Source: Botryllus schlosseri (lineage: Eukaryota). Taken from it: 64,000 nucleotides of DNA. Of the stretch, positions 1 through 10,200 are shown one piece after another. Position numbers and translations under genes: made by a program. How positions within the stretch are numbered: position 1 is the first letter of the stretch; each line of letters opens with the position of its first letter. The DNA lies in assembly GCA_051294905.1 (NCBI GenBank), contig CM119381.1, forward strand, positions 15,128,001-15,192,000, read 5' to 3'. The notes beneath the pieces were generated by a model. That model ran no database searches. It saw nothing but the letters and a program-made list of their open reading frames with translations, and was not told where the DNA came from.

Positions 1-749
1 TTTTTCAAATCCCCATAAATTCTAAACCGCTGAATGGATTTCCGAAGAATAACTTTTGTTCAGTATGAAATATGTCTACGGTGCTTGGGAATTGCATTTA
101 ATGCTTATTTTGAAACACATGGTTATCTGCATTTGTGGATTTAGGCTGGAATTACCCATTGTGGACAACAGCTTGTGTGTGGTTTTTCAGTAACATTCAT
201 CCTCTATTCGTTTCTACATATCCTGATGCTACGTTTTATATTAGGTGATAAAACAGAGCGTTGTGAGGAATTAACCGATTTTGCGAATCCATCGGAAACC
301 TTTCTGCTGAAAAATGTCCGCCGATTTGGGAATTGCCTACGCAGCCAACGATGAAGCCATATGGCGCTAGAACATGATTTCCTTCTTATAACGGTGCTAT
401 ATATATTACAGTTGAAATTGTCATTTCAGGCACCAAACATGCTCACAGCGCAATTTCCGCAATATATTCAGTGCCAAACTGTAAAAAAGGGAATGAGTAA
501 GGCCTCGAGTTTGCCCACGGCTTGACTCGGAAAACGCTTGCTCAATCGCCGCATTTCGAGATCGACTCCAACCTCAGATCGTCATTGAATACCATAACCA
601 CAAAAGTGCAACTCGAAAGAGCGCCAAGTTCGACTCCAGTCGAACTCAAACTCGTTCTCTCGCTTCGCTTTCTGAATACCGATTCTTACGCAATGTTGAC
701 GCAAAATGCGTTTGAGCACTCAGTAAGGTTTCTTGAATACAGGCCACAA

Positions 750-1213
750 TGTTCTCCGAGGGCCGAATATACCGATTGAATTCGGCTATCGGTAAATTCG
801 GCCTCGTAAACATCGGCATATATATATACATATATATATTTATACGCATACCCTGTTCTCCAAATCACATGATAATAATATAATTATGAAATTAATTCAC
901 ATTAATAGTTGGTAATACATTTTTATAAAAAATTCTCCGAGGGCAGAATTGACCGAGTAACCAGTGAAGTGACTGGTGAATTCGGCCGTCGGTAAATTCG
1001 GCCCTCGTGAATATCCGCGCTATCTCCCGTGATTACGCGATCTACGCATACTCTGACATCCAAATCACTTAATAATAGTATAATTATGTAATTAATTCAT
1101 GTTAACGGTTGGTAATACATTTTAATACAATATTCTCGGTGGGCCGAATTTACTGATGTAATGGCCGAATTTGCCTGGGCCGAATTTACTTTGGGGCGAG
1201 TTTACTGGCAACC
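750..1213. repeat. About 190-bp degenerate tandem duplication rich in GGCCGAATT(T/G)AC motifs, probably one end of a non-autonomous DNA transposon
   Basis: The TTCTCCGAGGGCCGAAT...GGTAAATTCGGCC...TGGTAATACATTTT block recurs at about 752, 933 and 1133. It ends in GGGGCGAGTTTACTGGCAACC. No matching opposite TIR was found. Confidence 0.55.
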
Positions 1214-1217
1214 GCTG

Positions 1218-1300
1218 CGGATACCAATTTTCGAGTCTTTGGTATGACCTACCGCTCGAGAAGCCGGACGCATAACCATTACACTATCTCGCTCGCAACA
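1218..1300 (-). mobile_element. Fragment of a tRNA-derived SINE 5' end
   Basis: AGTCTTTGGTATGACCTACCGCTCGAG...CATAACCATTACACTATCTCGC reads as a reversed, internally deleted A-box/B-box SINE head. It resembles the head at 14801. Confidence 0.5.
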
Positions 1301-1363
1301 TGCAGGTTTGGATTAGTTACTGACTGTGCCTATCTATCATCTAATTGGTTTGATTGGTTAACT

Positions 1364-2498
1364 CAGGGGTGGGCAAACTGCGGCCCGCGAGAGTCTGAGG
1401 AAACCTATTGAAAATATTGATAAAATCGAATTAATGCAAGGACTTGACGTGAATAAACTTTTTCTTAGTGTATTTCACCATAATAATTGTAAGGCAGTGG
1501 TTCTCAAACTGGAGGGAGGGGGGCGTGAAAGCATCGGAAGGGGGCACGAAGCTGAGCTCGACTGAAAAATTTTTTTGCGCCCCGCGCGATTCAACTTCAG
1601 TTCATAATTTTTCCTCTGTATTTAGTCTCAATTTCATATTCAAAAATCAAATCATCCACAGTGGTAACCTTCCATGCCATCAAACTACCCGTTAAGTTTG
1701 CTAGCATCCTGGTTGCGTTTTGTGATATGACGATAAGGGGGCCGCGAAATCTTTCACCATCATAAGGAGGGGCGGGGTCGTGTCTTAAGAAGTTTAAGAA
1801 CCACTGTTCTAAGGTAAATACTTCCTATATTATTTTTTATGTTTTATTTCTTGCGCGGCAGCCCGATCTCAAGGCCCACGCAGTTTGAAACATCTGCTAA
1901 ACATCACAGAAATCCTAAACGAGATTGACATAATTCGATTCACGAGTGTGATGTCAGATTGGACACTCCAGTTCTAATTATTTCAATGATGTGCTTATAA
2001 AAAACGATTAGCGCGTGTCTTAGGTAGATTCGTTCTCTGTATGCGTAGAATTTGGGTATTTATATTGTATCTACATATAGTAGAAGCGTGTTTGAAGCTA
2101 ACACGGTTGTGATGCTGTCAGCATTGTATGTCCTGGAATTGAATCAAAAGTGGAATTAGTAAATCTATGAATAGATCGCTGCTCACAGATTTCAATTTCA
2201 ATCCTGTTCTAAGAATCGGGATAACCGAGTTTCATCTCTATAGTTTTGACAAATTGGTTATTGAGGTCGACCAGCCTATGAAATCTCGCCAGTCGCCACT
2301 ATGTTTCTGACGCGTGTACAATATCATCAAAGCAATGGTTTGTTTTAAATGAGCACATATATTATCTCCATGTCCTCACTATATAATCAAATACCACTAT
2401 TCGTTTTGGTTATAATCCCAATTTTATATATAGTGCGGCCCGCGAATGGATTCAGAATTTGAATGCGGCCCGCGAGCTCAAAAGTTTGCCCACCCCTG
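1364..2498. mobile_element. hAT (Buster/Charlie-type) MITE
   Basis: TIRs CAGGGGTGGGCAAACT / AGTTTGCCCACCCCTG. Perfect 8-bp TSD GGTTAACT at 1356-1363 and 2499-2506. Confidence 0.95.
1495..1806. mobile_element. hAT (Buster-type) MITE nested in 1364-2498; further copies at 16157-16421, 56155-56453 and a left half at about 41903-42140
   Basis: TIRs CAGTGGTTCTCAAACT / AGTTTAAGAACCACTG. TSD TTGTAAGG/TTCTAAGG (7/8). The copies share the internal CATAACCTTCCATGCCA...GCTAGCAT segment. Confidence 0.9.
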
Positions 2499-3099
2499 GG
2501 TTAACTTATAGATAAATTCACGATTGTAAGGTGGGGATAATTGGTTAATCCACTTGTTATAGACTAGTCCCAGGCTGGGATGCAGATAACTAGGGTGGGT
2601 AAACCGGTTAACCTTATAGTTATATGTGGCGTAGGTGTCAGTCGTCTGTACAAGAACCCCAGAGAAAGACCCAACCAAGGTCGAATACGAGGAAGAAAAT
2701 GAAAAGAGCGAGGAAGTATCAAAGCTCATAGGTCAATACCGAACACTGGTATATGGGACATCATAACTCGTAATATGCCCAGAATATACCGTGGTGGGTG
2801 TTGGACTGGTATTGGTAGACTCGGCTTGATTGTTTCTACGTCCTATTTGTTCCGTGTAAATTTCTTGAAATGAATTTGCCGTTCCGTCTGTTTCGGAATA
2901 CTATCACTATATCGCCAAGTTATGACAATTTCGATCATAAATGTCATGCCAACACCCCCAAAATACTTTTTTTTTACCATCATGTAAATTGTGAAGTACT
3001 ATGAAACCAAAACCACTTCAGGGAGTAGGCAAAACCTATACTTAAATAGGCCTACTGGTATTCTGAAAAAGTTGAAGTGTTTTGTTAATGAGTTGTCAC

Positions 3100-4004
3100 T
3101 AGGGCGATTTTTTTACCTAAAACGGAAGATTTTGACCTAAAACAAACTTGGTTTTGGCCTCACGTATTCAAATTAGGTGTTTTTGCACAAAATATTGAAA
3201 TTGTACTACTTTTTTCCTTTCTGGTTGGAACTGTCTGTCCTGACGAAGTAGTCTGGCCTGAAAAAACGTTTTTGACTTGAAAACTGACAATTTTTTACAT
3301 GAAGAACCTTGTATTTCGATGAAATCTGGCCCTATGAAGAATTCCAGTAGTTACATCACATATTATGATAGAAATAATTTAAATTTGCTGTAATACAGCG
3401 AAAGATGCTTTCCGACATTCTCGGTAGAAAGTGTCTGTCCATACTGTAGCTTGCCAAGAATGGAGAAAGAACGTTCAACAGCAGCAGTTATTGACTGACA
3501 ACACTGAAGTTGTGCTTACACTGCTGGTGAAACAGCGTGTTGCTTCATTCTGACAATGTTGTCTACATCACAATTTTTTATTGTGCGCTTCTTGATATGA
3601 GAACCATGCAATGCCCAAGCAGTCTTACTTCAGTTAGGATATTGCGGTACGTTGAGTCGTTGACCATAACACCATGTCAACCTATTTGTTTCATTTCACC
3701 GTTTGATTCACAACGAGCAGACAATGGGCAATCTACAACGGTAGGCCTATAAAGCAGGCTACAAGCTCTAAAATATCGAATGATAAGTAGGGGTGTTCTC
3801 AAATTGTACTGGCTACAAATTGTTAGGTTACCTAATTTAAGCCTATACACCAAATTCGGTTCAATTCCAGCCAGTAGCCACATTGCTACAGAAGTGCAAA
3901 ATCTATGATACAAACGAAATGCAGAGGTCAAAAAAATTTGACAAATTTTGACCTAACGCTACAATTTTGACAAAATCTTGACATGTCAAAAAAAAATCGC
4001 CCTA
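3100..4004 (-). mobile_element. Internally deleted hAT transposon carrying a remnant of the transposase C-terminal dimerization domain
   Basis: TIRs TAGGGCGATTTTTTT / AAAAAAATCGCCCTA. Degenerate TSD GTTGTCAC/GTTATGAC. The minus strand at about 3385-3510 translates to SITAAVERSFSILGKLQYGQTLSTENVGKHLSLYY, matching the hAT ERSFS motif. Confidence 0.8.
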
Positions 4005-4259
4005 GTTATGACCATATCTGGAAAATGGTGTAATGCTAAGGTAGCTACGGGACGTGCTAAATCAACACCTCAGTTACTTTTTATACTGCCCCTATTGCTC
4101 GGACCTTCGTTTTTTTCTGGCCCAGTTTCTCAAAATCGACCCCAAGGGGCAATATCCCCCAGCTAGAGAACCACTGGTAGACGAGGAGATTTGTGATCCC
4201 TGATTTGAGCCCGGAGAAGTTATTTTTAGAAATCGTGCTGTACTGCTAAGTTGGCCTCA

Positions 4260-7200
4260 ATGTGTATGTTAGGCTATACCGTTCCGGACTGGCACAGGTA
4301 CTGGACCTCATGTTGGTTTTTAGAGAATTGATGTCAGAACTATTTTGATTATAGACTAGAACATAATTTAGACTTCGATATTGAAGTACATCGTGAATTT
4401 GTATTAGAACACCCTAATTCCGGTCGTATCTCTGTCAATCATGTAATTATTCAAATCTCAGGGGTCATAGTGTGGATTACTAACCTATGCACCATGGCAC
4501 CCGAAGTTGGGCCTCTTATTTTCATATTCTAGCTACCTGGTTTTCAGTTACACCCAACTAGGTGAACGTGACGCTGTGCATCGCGGATTGGAAATGGCGC
4601 AGGATCAATTTGTAGATGTGGATAAGCTGTTGAGCACATACTTTTCAGAAGACGAGGATCGTTATTCGTCCGATTGGGATTTTAAGACGGTGATTACACG
4701 AAGTAAGATTAAGTAATCTAATTTTGGTTTGGAAATATTTGAGGAATGGTCCCGGCAACAAATTTTGCGGGCACATTCACTTTGTCATGAATTGAGGTGT
4801 GAACATGTGACGTTCGGGGTGTATGGCCCTTGAGGACCATATGCAGGCGCGTAGCCAGGGGGGTTTCGGGGGTCGGTACCCCCTCCTAGAAGCGTGAAAC
4901 CACCTTCTTGAACGCGAATCCCCATTCTTTTGAAATGACCCGTTCTGACGCTAATGGTCGGTTGCAATTCAATAAGTCGTATTATCAATTAACGAAAGGC
5001 GTGTTGCCAATTAGAGAGATTCGTCCGTGCGCGATGCACTGCACAAGTGCACAATGTAATGCGACACGAACATCCACTGAGATGATTGCGAAATTGGGTC
5101 ACGTGCTCGGCAATAGTTGCAGTCCTGATTAATCGCGTCTGCGACAAGCCTTAGTTCCGCTGGCTTGAATAATCTCATCTGCAATAGGCCCGGTGTGCAC
5201 TATATCATCGCTGACCTACACAATCGCATCTGCAAGCGGCCTAGTATACGAAAGATAACGCTAGCCTAACTACCGCGTCTCGGGCCTACCATGCTTTGGC
5301 TCCTATTTCCCAATGGCTCGGATAAAATGGTCGATAAGTATATGCTGATTAGCGATTGTGAGTAAAGAGTGACATCTCGAAACAGAGATGGAAGCGGGCC
5401 GGGTGAGCCGGACCCGAACCCGGCCCGAACCCGACAAGTTCAGCCCGAACCCGGCCCGAACCCGACGGTCGAGTTTTGAGCCCGTTTCGGCCCGAAACCA
5501 AGTTCAAATAGCAATTTTCAACTGTTGCGAGCAAATAAGCTGATATACGATTCAAATTTCGAGCTTTTCAACGCTTTCAATGCTCTCACTTTGTTTTCTT
5601 TCGATAGCAATCTTGCATATGGCAAGAGAACTTAATATATCTGAATGAGAATACGCTGCAAACAGCCCCTTAGTTCCACCATCCTTTTTGCAAATTATGT
5701 GAACTGTATTAAATGGTTCAATATTAAACTAAATTAAAGAAATAAAGGAATGAAATTGGCCAAGATCAGAAAAAATAGTGTGTTCAAAATACAAGTCAAC
5801 TGTCATCCATACAAAGGGCGTTGCATTCACACGGTATACGAAGAATTGATTATTTCAATAGCCTCAACAGTTACTGGATACAGTCGGGTTCGTCTCTCAA
5901 TTTGTAAATGGGTAATGTATTGCATCTTATCAATTCGTTCTCAATCAATTCTCTATTCTCTATTTTGGCTGGTGACTATCAACGTAGTTTACCAGTTCTA
6001 CGTATATGTGAGCGATACAGCGCCTTCTTGCGTGTATATTCAACTCTATATCCGTTTAGCGGTTCAGAATCAGGGACCACTCAATATGTATTTCAGACAG
6101 CTAGCAAAATGCAATGATGCAATCATGCCTCATACTTCGAAATGGCAACTTGACTTGAATTGTGACTTGACTCGTGACTTGACTTGACTTGACTCGACTT
6201 GACTCGAGTCACCTCCAAAAATCGAGTGACTTGACTTGACTCGAGTCAGCTTTGAAAATCGATTGACTTGACTTGACTCGAGTCAAAATGCGCAATGACT
6301 CGAAATGACTCGTGACTCGAAGGTAGTGACTTGATCCCAACACTGCTATATAACAATACTACCGCTGTCACATAGCCTAATACAATATAAGTTAGTTTCG
6401 GTATAGACCTAAAGCAATTCACCATGGACGACAAAATCACTATGGCGCATCTAAAAGCTTTCTTTAATAAATATTAACACCGCCGTAACACATCTATCGA
6501 TCAATTCTGCTGTGCCACAACGGAAGCCGTCGTGTCATCACCTGCTTCTAGCTGTTCAGTTCAGCAATCAGCATGCCTCATCGAAATTAAAACTAAATTG
6601 GTAGTAATCCAGGCTCCAGCATGGTAATCCATCCATCCGTAAGTCATGTTTTCGTCACAATGTGGCCTGATTGCATGAACAATGATCAATGTCTGGCGTA
6701 TTTGGGACACTTGTTTACTATTTAGCTGACATTGTTTCATTATTCAATCATAGTCTTCGGGCCGTCTTATAATGAAGTTTATCTGGGTTCGTACTTCGTA
6801 TAAAATTTATTCACAGATATTGCCATACTTATACGTGATAAGGTATTGGTGTATCTTATATGTAGTTGTGCCACATTCGAACAAAATTGCAAATCAAATT
6901 TGTATATGAAGTCAATGCTTTTCGTAGTGACTATTCGGCCCGATTCAATCCCGATAATTTTTATAACTTTGGGCCCGAACCCGGCCCGAACCCGAAAAGC
7001 CCGGCCCGACTTCCATCTCTGTCTCGAAACTGAATTACATCGAATGTGCGCAAACATATGCGACGCGTCCGTACGTACTCGTACATGCGTAATTGATTTC
7101 CGCTAATACTTGAACATAGCCATCAAAAGCTGTGTGTCAAGGCTAAAAAGAGGTAAGGTTTGAACCACCTGAAATTGGCGTCATTATAGCCCGTATTCGA

Positions 7201-10200
7201 TAAAAACTGGTACATTTTGACTTGCTCAAATCGTCGCAGAGGCTATGTAAGACGCATTGCTAAGCGCGCGTATTTAATTGTTTGACGCATTGGTTGGCCT
7301 TCCTACACAATCGCATCTGCAATAAGTGTAGTGGTCATAGGCGCCGAACCTGGGCATGCAAGGCATGCCAGGCATGCCTAGACATTTTTTTAGGCATGCG
7401 GCATGCCTAGAATTCGGTTCGGCATGAATCGGCATAATCCCCGATTGTGTTATTTAGAACGAATCGCAATGTATTTCCGTTTACGACATTACCTGCTACC
7501 GCTTATGTGAGCGAGGTAACCCATTGCGCGCGGCCAATTAGCTACAAGCGCGTTGCCAATTAACGAGATATGTCTGTGCACAATGTAACGCGACACGATC
7601 TCCCGCTGAGATGATCGCGAAATTGTGTCATTGATTGCCGTGCGTTCGGCAATCATCGCTTGGGACGCTTGCCTGCTTTATCGCGTCTCCTACAAGCCTA
7701 GTTTCACTCGCTTGAGCATGATGAACAATCACATCAGCAGTAGGCCCGGTGCCATCGCTGCCTGCACATTCGCATCTGCATTGGCGCACACGATATTATC
7801 GCTTGCCTACACAATCGCATCTGCAACAGGCCTGGTACGAAAGATATCATCGCTGGCTAACTATCGCGTCTAGAGCCGAGCATGCGTTGGCTCCCATCTC
7901 TCGAGCCTAGCATGCGCTAGCTCCAATCTTTCGATGGCTTGGTGACAATGCCGTTAGGTGTTTGTTGGTTAGCGATTGTAATTAAAGAGCGACATCGCTA
8001 ACCTGAATGACATCGAATGTCCGCAGACATGTGCGATTGTGAGTGCGCCGTGCATGCGTAAGTGAATCCCGCTAATACCTAAACATAACCATCAGAAGAT
8101 GTGTGTCAACTGTCAAGGCTTGAGTTGTAAAAGACGGGAAAGGTTTGAATAACCTGAAATCGGCGCCATTATAGAACAGATTCCATAACAACTCTGACAT
8201 TTTGCCTTGCGCTAATCGTCGCCGAGGTTACGTGAAACGCGTTGATAAGCGGCGTATTTAATTGTTCGCTAGCGATCAGGGACTCGCTAATTGACAGCAC
8301 TTCCGGACTCGTTGACAAGCTTATCATACGCGTGAGTTGGTTAACACGCAGATATTGCATAATCGGCATTTATGCAGGCACTTAACCCTCATGAATTGAT
8401 GCTATATTATCCCTAATTATCAATTCCGTCGGATCATGACGTCATTCCTTTGTGACGTCATCGAACTCGCATGCCTAAGGAAAATTAGCGTTCGGCGCCT
8501 ATGGTAGTGGTAGCTCTATGGCGCCACTAGGGTGTGACGACATCGCAGGTGCTTCGGTGCTTGGTCGTCACTGAATACATGGCTGCTTGAGAACTCACGT
8601 CTCGTATATTAGACAGACCGTCAGTCACGTTACTACATGGTGGCAACAGTGTAAAAGCAGCTGATAGCAATTACTTAGCTACTCAGAATTATGGCTAGTG
8701 GATATACTGCCTTGCAAGGACTGCACCCGAAGCCATTATCACTGGCTGGAACCAACCCGCCTCAAGCGTGGGTTGATTGGAAGGAAGACTTTGAAACGTA
8801 TCTCTGTGCTGCAGAATTATCACAAAAGGATGACTGCGTCAAGGTAGGACACCTCCTGAGTCTTATTGGTCCGGAGGGAAAGTCAATTTACAAAAATCTC
8901 ACGTGGCTTCCTGCTCGACGAGAAAATGATCAAGACATTCCTGCTGAGGATAAAAATGACTACAAGCTAGTCATTGAGAAATTTGATGCGTGCTTTGAGC
9001 TTCGTGATGATCGCTTCAGAATGCGAAGGAAGTTTTGGCTATTCTTGAAACGGGAGGAGGACGAGTCTTTTTTGCAATGGTCACTCCGTGTTCGCGAAGC
9101 TGCAGCCAAGTGCTGCTATCATCCGCAGAGGTGTCTTGAGGAAGTTATTATGGATAAACTCCTTCTGTGTTGTACGGACACCGGTACCTTGTCAGAACTC
9201 TTCGCCGAGGATCCGAAAACCTTGACACTGAGCAAAGTTGAATCGATCATCGATAAACGCGAATACGTCAAACAGGATCTACTGCTCGACAGAAGGATGG
9301 AAAGGATGCCAAGACGTCGCTGATAAAATGCAAATACTGTGGTAAGAAGCACCAGTTTGGTAGATTTTTCTGTCCTGCTGCCGATTACAATTGCTCGGTG
9401 TGTGAGAAAACAGGACATTTCGAAACTGTCTGCCGTGCTTCTGCTCGGACAAATATACGCTCCGTGGAATCCGATACGGTTGGTGAAGACGATACGGTTG
9501 GTGAAGACGGTTGGATGAAATTCGCTCAGAGCTCCAGAAAGATGACGTATTGCGCACAGTGATGCAATATGTATCCTCAGGGTGGCTGAAATGCAAAGAG
9601 ACGCTGTCACGCTGCATGGCCCACTTAGGCCATACTGGAACGATAGAGCCTGTTTATCTACTTATGAAGGACTCCTGCTTAAAGGGAATCGCTTGGTGAT
9701 CCCCTGTACGCTGAGACAAGACGTTTTAAGATACCTTCATGATGCTCACCAAGGGGTGACAAAATCCCGACTCAATGCATCACAGTCATGCTGGTGGCCT
9801 GGAATTTCTAAGGACATTGAAGAAACCGTCAGAAATTGCGAAAAGTGCACGGAGCATCAGCGAGAAAAGGTTGAACCGATGCTGTCAGCATCCTTCCCAG
9901 AGAGACCCTGGTCCCGTGTTGGTGCCGACTTCTTTCAATACCAGAATTCCATGTACCTGCTAGCCGTTGACTACTACTCCAGGGATATTGAGATTTGCAT
10001 AGTCTCCAAAACAGTGAACGCAGCAGAGACGATTCTGAAATTCAAGAAGATTTTCAGTAGGCATGGCATCTGCGAGACTTTGGTCACCGATGGAGCACCT
10101 ATGTTCTCTTCCCGCGACTTTGCGTCATTTTGCGAAAGCTGGAAAATTGAACATATCATGTCCTCACCTAGATATCCACAGGGGAACTCGGAGGCTGAGC

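Noticed and set aside
145-348. 68-codon open frame after an AG (possible last exon of an upstream gene)
   Set aside because: There is no homology cue and no supporting exon inside the window, so it cannot be distinguished from chance.
2635-2765. Acidic open frame (VVCTRTPEKDPTKVEYEEENEKSEEV) as a further upstream exon of the PGBD-like gene
   Set aside because: Donor sites are weak and non-consensus, and I could not link it confidently to the downstream exons.
6150-6330. Regular short-repeat arrays (GACTT, ATGGT, ACTCCG, GGATTA, CCCGAA) as CRISPR-like arrays
   Set aside because: There are no unique spacers or cas genes. All arrays are subterminal transposase-binding repeats inside TIR/TSD-bounded hAT elements in a eukaryotic context.
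9270-9330. Programmed ribosomal frameshift in gag
   Set aside because: No X XXY YYZ slippery heptamer is visible, and the shift falls inside gag before the zinc knuckles, which fits a mutation better.
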